A program made the translations under genes and the position numbers. Below the pieces are notes generated by a model. The model was not told the origin of the DNA. It worked only from the letters and a program-made list of their open reading frames with translations, and made no database searches. This document shows, one piece after another, positions 1 to 8,426 of a stretch of DNA of 64,000 nucleotides. The stretch comes from Candidatus Levyibacteriota bacterium. Its GTDB lineage: Bacteria > Patescibacteriota > Microgenomatia > Levybacterales > UBA12049. The stretch spans positions 113,110-177,109 of the forward strand of contig JBDRBE010000001.1 of NCBI GenBank assembly GCA_043823085.1, read 5' to 3'. How positions within the stretch are numbered: position 1 is the stretch's first letter; every line of letters starts with the position of its first letter.

Positions 1-768
1 GTTGAAGTTTTTTCAAATAAAAAACTTTCTTCAGGATTCTTAGAAAATTTAAAAAGGGAAATTATTTGGCGTTTTAATCTTGATTTAGACTTATCCGATT
101 TTTATAGACAGGTCAGTAAAGATCCTCTTTTAGAACCAATTATTAAGAAGTTTAAAGGCTTAAGACCAATGCACTATGGCTCTCTTTATGAATATCTGAT
201 TATTGATATTGTGCTGCAAAATACAGTTGTAAAACGAAGTGTAAGTATGCTTCAGTCACTTTTTGAAAAATACGGAGATTTACTTGAATATAATAAACAA
301 AAGTTTTGGTGTTTTTGGGAACCAGAAATTTTGGCGAAGGCAAATGAACAAGAATTAAGAGATTTGAAAGTAGGCTACCGAGCAAAATCTCTCATTCGGG
401 TTTCGCAACCTTTTGCTCGTGGAGAGATAGACGAATTGGAATTAAGAAATAAGAGCAAAGAGGAACAAGAAAAAGTTCTACTTTCTTTATATGGAATTGG
501 TCCAGCTTCAGTCGGCTATATTATGTTTGACGCTTTTCATCATTGGGATTATTTTCGTAACATTTCCCCATGGGAACAAAAAATTTACTCTCATATTTTC
601 TTTAATAAGGATCACGAAAAAGAATTGATGTCTGTCCCCAAAATGCTCAAACGATTTGAAAAATGGGGAAAATGGAAAGGATTAGCTGTTCATTATGTTT
701 GGGAAGACTTATGGTGGAAAAGAAAAACACAACATATTCCTTGGCTTGAAAAAGAAATCCGATTGTGA
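1..768 (+). CDS. HhH-GPD superfamily DNA glycosylase (5' end outside window)
   Basis: Frame 1 is open from base 1 with no upstream stop. Helix-hairpin-helix motif LLSLYGIGPASVGYIM followed by a conserved Asp-containing segment, as in AlkA/Ogg/Nth-type glycosylases. Confidence 0.55.
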   Translation, partial: VEVFSNKKLSSGFLENLKREIIWRFNLDLDLSDFYRQVSKDPLLEPIIKKFKGLRPMHYGSLYEYLIIDIVLQNTVVKRSVSMLQSLFEKYGDLLEYNKQKFWCFWEPEILAKANEQELRDLKVGYRAKSLIRVSQPFARGEIDELELRNKSKEEQEKVLLSLYGIGPASVGYIMFDAFHHWDYFRNISPWEQKIYSHIFFNKDHEKELMSVPKMLKRFEKWGKWKGLAVHYVWEDLWWKRKTQHIPWLEKEIRL

Positions 769-785
769 TTTGTTATAATCCATTT

Positions 786-1352
786 ATGAAAATTGCGATT
801 TTGGGCGGAAGGTTTGATCCGCCTCACATTGGACATTGGCTGATTGCAAAACAGGCACTTGAACAAAGGCCTGAAATTGATGAGATCTGGTTTATGCCGG
901 CATTTAAACATCAATGGAAGGAAATTTTAACAAGTGTAAAGGATAGAATGATAATGCTTGGATTTATGAAAAATAATCGGATAAAAATTTCCGATATTGA
1001 AATTAAAAGAGAAGGTATTAGTTATTCCATTGACACAATTAAAGAGATTAAGAAAAAATACAAACACCAAATTTATTGGATTATCGGCTCTGACATTTTA
1101 TCTGAATTTAATCGCTGGAACAAAAAAGAGGAATTAACAAAACTTACCACTTTTCTTGTTTTCCCCCGCGATCCATATGCAATCCCAAAAAATCTTCCCA
1201 AAGGTTTTGAAGTTTTAAAAGGAAAAAATTTAATTGTCACAAATCTTTCCTCAACTCTTATTCGCCAAAGAATAAAAAAACATTTACCAATCAGCAATCT
1301 TGTACCAAAAGGGGTTGAGGAGTATATTAAAAAACATGAATTATATAAATAA
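786..1352 (+). CDS. nadD: nicotinate-nucleotide adenylyltransferase
   Basis: N-terminal MKIAILGGRFDPPHIGH matches the (H/T)xGH nucleotidyltransferase signature of NadD. The ORF track starts at 765, but M786 puts the motif at the canonical position. Confidence 0.85.
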   Translation: MKIAILGGRFDPPHIGHWLIAKQALEQRPEIDEIWFMPAFKHQWKEILTSVKDRMIMLGFMKNNRIKISDIEIKREGISYSIDTIKEIKKKYKHQIYWIIGSDILSEFNRWNKKEELTKLTTFLVFPRDPYAIPKNLPKGFEVLKGKNLIVTNLSSTLIRQRIKKHLPISNLVPKGVEEYIKKHELYK

Positions 1353-1497
1353 TTTTCAATTTGAAATTTGACCCATTCGATTATACTCAGGGTCATGCTG
1401 AGTGTGTCGAATGCATGAAATTTTAAATCAAATCAAAAAGTTTTAATTTTTAAACATTAGAAAATTAGAAATTGATTAGAAATTAGGAATTTTTACT

Positions 1498-2277
1498 ATG
1501 TCTTTAAAAATCAATCTTAAAACAGAAATAAAAAAAATTACTGACTTTATAAAAAGTACTCTCAAACGGGAGGGTTTTAGTAAAGTTGTCATTGGCCTCT
1601 CCGGCGGCATCGATTCAACAACCTCTTTTTACTTATTAAAAAAAGTTTTATCTCCAAAAAATATAATAGTTGCAAATCTTTATTATCAAGAAAATAAAGA
1701 TAATGATTTAGAGAAAATATTAAAAGATGCAAAAATTCCAAAAGAAAATATCTATAGAATTGGTATCAAAAAAATCGTAGATTGTTTTACAGAATCTCTA
1801 CATTTTGAGATTCCGAAACAAGTTCGGAATGACAATAAAATACGGCTTGGCAATATTATGGCAAGAGTTAGAATGATAATTCTTTTCGATTTGGCAAAAA
1901 AACACAAAGCGCTGGTTTGCGGGACCGAAAATAAAAGCGAACATTATCTTGGATACTTTACTCGTTTTGGTGATGCCGCATCCGACTTTGAACCAATCAG
2001 GCACTTATATAAAACTCAACTTTTAGAGCTTGCAAAATATCTTGAAGTTCCAAAAAATATTATTGAAAAAAAACCAACCGCCAATCTTTGGCAAGGACAG
2101 ACAGATGAAGATGAATTTGGATTTACTTACAAAGAAGCCGATGAGGTTTTATATCTTTATCTTGAAAAAAAACTAAAAGTTAATGAAATTAAAAAGAGGG
2201 CTTTTAAAAAAACCGATAAGATAATCCATTGGGTTATAAAAAATAAATTTAAGCACGAAACTCCCCACGCGCTTTAG
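1498..2277 (+). CDS. nadE: NH3-dependent NAD+ synthetase
   Basis: PP-loop motif GLSGGIDS; 259 aa is the NadE size; adjacent to nadD. Confidence 0.85.
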   Translation: MSLKINLKTEIKKITDFIKSTLKREGFSKVVIGLSGGIDSTTSFYLLKKVLSPKNIIVANLYYQENKDNDLEKILKDAKIPKENIYRIGIKKIVDCFTESLHFEIPKQVRNDNKIRLGNIMARVRMIILFDLAKKHKALVCGTENKSEHYLGYFTRFGDAASDFEPIRHLYKTQLLELAKYLEVPKNIIEKKPTANLWQGQTDEDEFGFTYKEADEVLYLYLEKKLKVNEIKKRAFKKTDKIIHWVIKNKFKHETPHAL

Positions 2278-2279
2278 CT

Positions 2280-4436
2280 TTATGAGGAAACGCGACCTGT
2301 AAAAGTGGATTTTGCAAGCATTTGTTCAATTATATTCTTTGGAACCTCCTCATAATGCGATGGCTCCATGTAGTAGCTGGCGCGCCCTTGTGACATTGAT
2401 CTTAGAGTCGTGGCATAACCTGAAAGTTCTGCCAAAGGAACCATGGCCAAAACTATGGTTGCCTTTCCCTTTTCTTCTGTTCCTAAAATTTGCGCTCTTT
2501 TGGCGGATAAATCACCGATAATATCTCCCATAAATTCCGAAGGCGTTGTAACCTCAACCTTCATTATCGGCTCAAGCAAAGTCAAATCTGCTTTTTTAAC
2601 AACTGACTGTAAAGCCTGGCTTGCAGCGATTTTAAAGGCGATATCAGACGAATCGACATCATGGTAACTTCCGTCATAAAGAGTTACAGTCATATCAACA
2701 AGCGGATATCCCAAAAGAGCTCCATTTTCCATTGATTCCTTGACTCCTTTTGAAACAGAACTTATAAATTCGGCCGGAATTGCTCCTCCTTTAATTGCAT
2801 CAACGAACTCATAGCCCTCGCCTCTTGGTTTTGGTTCAACTCGCAAGAAACAATGACCGTATTGACCGCGTCCTCCACTCTGGCGAATATATTTTCCCTC
2901 TGCTTCGGCTTTTTTCTTGACAGTTTCTTTGTACGCAACCTGCGGCGCTCCAACATTTGCCAAAACGCCAAATTCTCTTTTCATTCTGTCAACCATAATT
3001 TCAAGCTGTAATTCTCCAACTCCGGAAATTATTGTTTGTCCTGTTTCATGGTTGGTTTTAACATGAAAAGTTGGGTCCTCGTCCATTAATCTTTTTAAGG
3101 AATAGCCAAGTTTTTCTTGATCTGATTTTGTCTTTGGTTCAATAGCCAGTGAAATAACAGGCTCCGGAAAAGTAATTTTTTCTAAAATCAGAGGCTTTTT
3201 ATCATCACAAAGAGTATCTCCGGTTCCGGTTTCTTTAAGACCAACCAATGCGACAATTTCTCCTGCAAACGCTTCTTTAATTTCTTCCCTGTGATTGGCA
3301 TGCATCAGGAGAATTCTTCCAATTCTCTCGGTAATATTTTTTGTGCTGTTATAAATATATGAACCGGATACTACTTTTCCCGAATACACTCTAAAATAAG
3401 TTAGTCTTCCAACGTGCGGATCAATTTGAATTTTAAAGGCGAGACCACAAAGAGGATCTTCAGGCACTAACTGCCTTGTTTCCTCCTCGTCTGTTTTTGG
3501 ATTTGTACCTTTAACTTCTTTTAAATCAACCGGGGAAGGGAGATAGTCCAAAACTGCATCCAATAATGGCTGGACTCCTTTATTTCGAAGCGATGAACCG
3601 GCGAAAACTGGTACCAGTTTATAAGCAATAACCGCACGCCTTAAAGCGGCTTTTAATTCTTCAATCGAAATTTCTTTATTAGAAAGATATTTATCCAAAA
3701 GCCCATCATCTGTTTCGGCAATCTTTTCGATAAGTTTGTGACGATATTCTTCAACTTTATTTTTTAAATCAGCCGGAATTTCATCCAAAACATCAAATTT
3801 TGCACCTAATTCATCCGAACCCCAAACATATGATTTTCGGGTTAAAAGATCAACAATTCCTTTAAAGGTTTGCTCCGCGCCAATTGGCAAAACCATAATT
3901 GCGGGATTTGCTCCAAGCCTATCCTCAATACTTTTAATGGTCGCCAGAAAATCAGCTCCAAGCTTATCCATTTTATTAACAAAACAAATTCTTGGAACTT
4001 TATATTTATCTGCCTGTCGCCAAACAGTTTCCGATTGCGATTGCACTCCTTCTTCGGCATCCAAAACCGTAATTCCGCCGTCCAAAACTCGAAGTGAACG
4101 CTCAACTTCGGCTGTAAAATCTACGTGCCCGGGAGTATCGATTATATTAATTTTATAAAGATCTTCTTTTCCTAAAGAACTAAGCAACGAATGAGTCCAA
4201 AAAGCAGTCGTGGCAGCAGAAACTATAGTAATTCCTCTTTCTCTTTCCTGCTCCATCCAGTCCATAACAGTTGTTCCCTCATCAATATCACCAATTTTAT
4301 ATGTTCTTCCCGTATAAAAAAGAATGCGTTCGGTAGTTGTGGTTTTACCCGCATCAATATGAGCAATAATGCCGATATTTCTGACTTTGCTTAAATCCAA
4401 ATCTCTTCTATGTTCTGCCATAATAATAAAATTCAA
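2280..4436 (-). CDS. fusA: translation elongation factor G
   Basis: [10 protein letters not shown]1 motif, DTPGHVDF, 718 aa; downstream of rpsL-rpsG as in the str operon. Confidence 0.95.
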   Translation of the reverse strand: MNFIIMAEHRRDLDLSKVRNIGIIAHIDAGKTTTTERILFYTGRTYKIGDIDEGTTVMDWMEQERERGITIVSAATTAFWTHSLLSSLGKEDLYKINIIDTPGHVDFTAEVERSLRVLDGGITVLDAEEGVQSQSETVWRQADKYKVPRICFVNKMDKLGADFLATIKSIEDRLGANPAIMVLPIGAEQTFKGIVDLLTRKSYVWGSDELGAKFDVLDEIPADLKNKVEEYRHKLIEKIAETDDGLLDKYLSNKEISIEELKAALRRAVIAYKLVPVFAGSSLRNKGVQPLLDAVLDYLPSPVDLKEVKGTNPKTDEEETRQLVPEDPLCGLAFKIQIDPHVGRLTYFRVYSGKVVSGSYIYNSTKNITERIGRILLMHANHREEIKEAFAGEIVALVGLKETGTGDTLCDDKKPLILEKITFPEPVISLAIEPKTKSDQEKLGYSLKRLMDEDPTFHVKTNHETGQTIISGVGELQLEIMVDRMKREFGVLANVGAPQVAYKETVKKKAEAEGKYIRQSGGRGQYGHCFLRVEPKPRGEGYEFVDAIKGGAIPAEFISSVSKGVKESMENGALLGYPLVDMTVTLYDGSYHDVDSSDIAFKIAASQALQSVVKKADLTLLEPIMKVEVTTPSEFMGDIIGDLSAKRAQILGTEEKGKATIVLAMVPLAELSGYATTLRSMSQGRASYYMEPSHYEEVPKNIIEQMLAKSTFTGRVSS

Positions 4437-4457
4437 TCCGCCAAAGCGGATTTACTC

Positions 4458-4487
4458 ATAAAGTATAACATATTTTAGAGGCATATT
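4458..4487 (-). terminator. hairpin aatccgc-tttg-gcggatt followed by a U-rich tail (minus-strand sense) immediately upstream of the fusA start
   Basis: 7-bp perfect stem with a 4-nt loop, then gaauuuuauuau on the minus strand. Could terminate or attenuate transcription coming from the island into fusA. Confidence 0.35.
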
Positions 4488-4580
4488 CTAGAGTTTAATA
4501 AACTGAAAAAATGGTGTAAAATATAAATGTTGTTTGAGGGGGTGAGAAATATGGTGGGATGGGGATATGGAGGATATACA

Positions 4581-4688
4581 ATGATGAATTCTTATTTCGG
4601 AGTTTTCGGGTTTGTTTTCCAAATTTTAGCTTTAGTCGCCCTAGTTCTTTTAATCGCCTACCTTTGGAAACAAATACAGAAGAAGTAA
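4581..4688 (+). CDS. 35-aa hydrophobic peptide MMNSYFGVFGFVFQILALVALVLLIAYLWKQIQKK (type I toxin-like)
   Basis: Strong ribosome-binding site GGAGGA 7 nt upstream of the ATG. Single transmembrane helix plus a lysine-rich C-terminus. Below the 60-aa ORF-track cutoff. Confidence 0.35.
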   Translation: MMNSYFGVFGFVFQILALVALVLLIAYLWKQIQKK

Positions 4689-4761
4689 AACCTCTGTCTT
4701 GAAGAACGGGATTTAAATACAAAGATATTCGCAGAAAGTCTTATCAGAAATATTACATTTT

Positions 4762-4920
4762 TTATTCATCCTCGTTCTTCAAATCATTATTAAGTTGTTT
4801 TAATTTTTCATATACCTGTTCCAAAATAATATCTGGAAGAGGAGTATTACTACCACTTCTAGCATATTCTTTTGTGATATCAACTGCTTTTTCCAGTAAT
4901 TGAAATTTCGACATTGCCAT
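4762..4920 (-). CDS. 52-aa hydrophilic small protein (MAMSKFQLLEKAVDITKEYARSGS...)
   Basis: ORF read by eye. GGAGGTG ribosome-binding site 7 nt upstream of the ATG. Convergent with the toxin-like peptide. Confidence 0.3.
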   Translation of the reverse strand: MAMSKFQLLEKAVDITKEYARSGSNTPLPDIILEQVYEKLKQLNNDLKNEDE

Positions 4921-4996
4921 AAATTATCACCTCCTTTTTTTAATTATCCATTAATTTCCTTCTTGCTGATTTTTTTAAATCCGATTTATATATATT

Positions 4997-5434
4997 TTAA
5001 GATTGACTTCTTCTATACTCAACATCAGCTAAACTATCAGCCCTTCTCCCTAAAGTGCTACTTCTTGAATGATGGAAGTATTCAACGCTTTTAAATCGCT
5101 GTGCATTTCTTTTTGCTTCATCGAAAAGAGGACGAATATGCTCTCTTCTCATTCTGTACGTACAATTCATCCAATTAATTACCAACTCACTATCCATCCA
5201 AACCTCTATATCAAATCTTGTTACCCCAACTGCTTGATCGAGTGCAAAAATAAGTCCGCGAAATTCGGCTTCTGGAGGCGTCGCTTCACCTAAATATTTT
5301 GAAAACTCATGTTCATTCCCTCGCTCATCTATCATCAAAACTCCACAAGCAGCCTTACCTCTGCCTGACCTTCCTTGAATATGAGCATTTGGCACATGAC
5401 AACAAGCATCAATTATTATTTTTGCCTTAGCCAT
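4997..5434 (-). CDS. rnhA: ribonuclease HI (type 1, archaeal-like short form)
   Basis: DEDD carboxylate pattern: IIDACC...PEAEFRGLIFALD...VWMDSELVINWMN...RRADSLAD. Aligns by eye with 145-150 aa archaeal-type RNase HI. GC content is higher than neighbouring genes. Confidence 0.55.
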   Translation of the reverse strand: MAKAKIIIDACCHVPNAHIQGRSGRGKAACGVLMIDERGNEHEFSKYLGEATPPEAEFRGLIFALDQAVGVTRFDIEVWMDSELVINWMNCTYRMRREHIRPLFDEAKRNAQRFKSVEYFHHSRSSTLGRRADSLADVEYRRSQS

Positions 5435-5451
5435 ATTTAAAATAAAATATT

Positions 5452-5694
5452 TTAATGTCTTTTATCTCTGGGCGGGAACGGATCGTTTCCATAACTATCT
5501 TTATCTCTAATTCTTCCGTCTCGACCATGAATAATAACTTCAGATTTTTGATTAATTGCAATATTCTTTGCTGCATCAATCGCTTCTGCTTGTGTCTCGT
5601 AAACAGACGTGACGCGTTTATTTCGCTCTCCTCTTACTGCCCAGTCATTATTATGTGTAACTACGTGCTGATCTTGTCTTGCCATTTTCTTCAC
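5452..5694 (-). CDS. DUF2188 family protein
   Basis: HVVTHNNDWAV...ETQAEAIDAAKNIAINQKSEVIIHGRDGRIRDKDSYGNDPFPPRD matches the DUF2188 consensus as I recall it. Confidence 0.6.
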   Translation of the reverse strand: MKKMARQDQHVVTHNNDWAVRGERNKRVTSVYETQAEAIDAAKNIAINQKSEVIIHGRDGRIRDKDSYGNDPFPPRDKRH

Positions 5695-5831
5695 CCCCTT
5701 TTACAGTTAACTCGATTTAGCGCCAGAAAAAGCATAATACGCTAGATATAGTGTGTCAACTACTAACATCTATGTCAAAATGTATCATGTAAATTTTAGC
5801 CTCGGGATATGTCCAAAAACGAGATTGAATA

Positions 5832-6353
5832 TCATTGAGGCACTGGTAGCCCTAATTTCTGAAGAGGAAGATATTCAAAGTAGTACTGGCATCCGACGGA
5901 GATTACATAGTCTAATGTGTCTTTGTAGTTTGGATTTTTAAACCATTCGCTCAAGATATAAATAAACTCGACATCAATATTAATAGAAGACATCAATTTC
6001 TGATATTGCTTCCTTTTAAAATCACACGTCTGTAGCTTTTCATCAACAGAACCAGCGACTTCTTGGAATTTTACTTCTATAATAAATAATGTGTTATTTA
6101 CAATTACGTATATTGCCTCGTCTGGAAGAAGTTTTTTTGAAAGGATTTTTTTATAATCTACTCCACGGGATTCTAAATATTTATACAGTCCATTTTTTGC
6201 ATAGCTTTGGGCTACTTCTTGCCCTTCAAAATAAATAATATTGTTCTTCACAGAATAACCTTTCTGATCCGATAAAAAATCAAGGATATTTATCCTTTTT
6301 TCAAATTTTAACCCTGTTAGCGTATTACTTCCCCCAATGCCTTTTCTAATCAT
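5832..6353 (-). CDS. putative type II restriction endonuclease (PD-ExK fold)
   Basis: LLPDEAIYVIVNNTLFIIEVKFQ gives a PD...EVK catalytic motif. Lies 16 nt downstream of, and co-oriented with, a DNA methyltransferase. Confidence 0.45.
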   Translation of the reverse strand: MIRKGIGGSNTLTGLKFEKRINILDFLSDQKGYSVKNNIIYFEGQEVAQSYAKNGLYKYLESRGVDYKKILSKKLLPDEAIYVIVNNTLFIIEVKFQEVAGSVDEKLQTCDFKRKQYQKLMSSINIDVEFIYILSEWFKNPNYKDTLDYVISVGCQYYFEYLPLQKLGLPVPQ

Positions 6354-6369
6354 AATAATACTTTGCTAT

Positions 6370-7200
6370 TTAGTAATTATTTTCATATAGAGTAATGGGC
6401 AATTGTTTCTTTTTGGATGTAGCCAATATATCTTCAAATCTTTTTTTTGATAATTCAAGAAAGTCCTTTTCCTTGTCTATGCCAATAAATTTTCTATTTA
6501 GCATATGTGCTACTATACCAGTTGTAGAACTTCCTGTAAAAGGATCTAAAATTATATCTCCTTCTTTGGTTGATGCTGAAATTATTCTTTCTAATAAAGC
6601 TATTGGTTTTTGAGTGGGATGTTTTCCGAACTTCTTTTCCCAAGGTTTTGGAGTTGGTATAGACCATACAGAACGCATTTGTTTACCAGCTTTCTTAATA
6701 AAATCTTCTGGCCAGTTACCTTCTTTCATTAATTTATAATTAAAATAATGTTTTGCGTCTTTATCTCGCCTTGCCCAAATTAATGTTTCGTGGCTTGCTG
6801 TAAAATATCTCCCGCTTAAATTAGGAGACGCATTTGGCTTAAACCAGGAAATATCGTTTAGAATGTGATAGTCATTCGCTTGAAGTGCATAACCACATTG
6901 ATATATAGAATGATATGTTCCACTTATCCATATTGTCCCGTTTGGTTTTAAAAGTCTTCTGCATTCTTTAATCCATTGGACATGAAAGTCTAAATCACTC
7001 TCAAAGCCTTTACTCTTATCCCAATCGCCCTTGTGAACATTAACTCTTTTTCCAGCGAAGACTGTAAAACCACCATTTGAAAGATTATAAGGAGGATCTG
7101 CAAAAATCATATCAAAATGCTCACTAGGAAATCTTTTTAATAGTTTAAGTGAGTCGTCGAGATATAAAGCAAAGTCGTCTTTCAAGTAATAAGGAATCAT
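6370..7200 (-). CDS. beta-class DNA methyltransferase (DPPY; likely N6-adenine, possibly N4-cytosine)
   Basis: Motif IV FADPPYN is near the N-terminus and motif I ILDPFTGSSTTG near the C-terminus, which is the beta-class order. Size 276 aa, like M.RsrI/M.HinfI/CcrM-type enzymes. Confidence 0.85.
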   Translation of the reverse strand: MIPYYLKDDFALYLDDSLKLLKRFPSEHFDMIFADPPYNLSNGGFTVFAGKRVNVHKGDWDKSKGFESDLDFHVQWIKECRRLLKPNGTIWISGTYHSIYQCGYALQANDYHILNDISWFKPNASPNLSGRYFTASHETLIWARRDKDAKHYFNYKLMKEGNWPEDFIKKAGKQMRSVWSIPTPKPWEKKFGKHPTQKPIALLERIISASTKEGDIILDPFTGSSTTGIVAHMLNRKFIGIDKEKDFLELSKKRFEDILATSKKKQLPITLYENNY

Positions 7201-7279
7201 GGCTGTAAATAAATACTAACACTTTGGTGGCAATTTTTCTAGAAGACTTTTTATAAAACTTCAATTCTCAAACGGAAGA

Positions 7280-7753
7280 TTACCACCTAAAATGAGCAAA
7301 TGCCCTATTCGCGTCGGCTTGACGCTGCATTGTGTCTCTCTTTTTAATTGCTTCCCCAAGATTTTGATTAGCATCCAAAAGTTCAGAAGCTAATTTTTCT
7401 TCAAAAGTTTTATAATCCTTGTTTGATCTTTTTCTTGCCGCTTCAATAAGCCAACGGATTGCCAAAGAAATTTTTCGCTCTCCTCTGACTTCGGATGGAA
7501 CCTGATAAGAAGCTCCCCCGACTCTTCTTGCTTTTACTTCCTGTTTTGGACTGACATTTTGAATCGCTTTTTCAAACGTTTCTACAGGATCTGCCCCTTT
7601 ATTTTTGATAATTTCCAAAGCGTCATAAAATAATTTCTCAGCAATGGATTTTTTGCCGTCCTTTATCATTCTGTTGATAAATCTAGCAACTAAAACATTG
7701 TGATAAATTTTATCCGGATCAATTTTTCTTTTTTCTACCTTTTTATGTCTCAT
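7280..7753 (-). CDS. rpsG: 30S ribosomal protein S7
   Basis: 157 aa, typical S7 sequence (KRDTMQRQADANRAFAHFRW C-terminus). Confidence 0.95.
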   Translation of the reverse strand: MRHKKVEKRKIDPDKIYHNVLVARFINRMIKDGKKSIAEKLFYDALEIIKNKGADPVETFEKAIQNVSPKQEVKARRVGGASYQVPSEVRGERKISLAIRWLIEAARKRSNKDYKTFEEKLASELLDANQNLGEAIKKRDTMQRQADANRAFAHFRW

Positions 7754-7876
7754 AAAACTCGCTTTGCTCGTAATAAGCCAATACTACAAATCAATAAACA
7801 AATTCTTTAAATTTCAAATTTTTAATTATTTATTATTTTAAGAATTGATTTGTCATTTGCTTATTTGTTTATTTGC

Positions 7877-8356
7877 TTATTGGGACGCCGGTGTGACTTC
7901 CGGTGCAACTGGCGCAGCCGGTGCTACTGCCACTTTTGGCGCTATTCCCCCTATCTTCTTTGTTCCATATTTACTTCTGGATCTTCTCCTGCTTTCAACG
8001 CCTGCCAAATCAAATTTTCCGCGAACAATATGATATTTAACTCCCGGTAAATCTTTAACTCTTCCTCCCCTTACCAAAACTATACCGTGTTCAGAAAGCG
8101 AATGTCCAATTCCCTGAATATAAGCAGTGACTTCTGTTCTGTTTGAAAGTTTAACTCTGGCAACTTTTCGAAGCGCAGAATTTGGTTTTTTTGGCGTCAT
8201 TGTTTTAACCAAAGTTACAACTCCTCTTTTTTGCGGAGAGAGTAAAGTTTTATATTCGCGAGTTCTTGCATTAAATATACGACGCAAACCCGTCGAGCGG
8301 GTCTTTTTAATTTTCTTTTTTCTTCCTCTTTTTGATAGTTGTGATAAAGTTGGCAT
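7877..8356 (-). CDS. rpsL: 30S ribosomal protein S12 (with internal insertion and Ala/Pro-rich C-terminal extension)
   Basis: PQKRGV...[11 protein letters not shown]...[15 protein letters not shown] core. 159 aa versus about 124 aa typical. Confidence 0.95.
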   Translation of the reverse strand: MPTLSQLSKRGRKKKIKKTRSTGLRRIFNARTREYKTLLSPQKRGVVTLVKTMTPKKPNSALRKVARVKLSNRTEVTAYIQGIGHSLSEHGIVLVRGGRVKDLPGVKYHIVRGKFDLAGVESRRRSRSKYGTKKIGGIAPKVAVAPAAPVAPEVTPASQ

Positions 8357-8426
8357 TGTAAAAATATTAAATATTAAAAATTAAATAGTAAATAGTTTTT
8401 CTTATTTTTGATTTTTGATTTGTATA

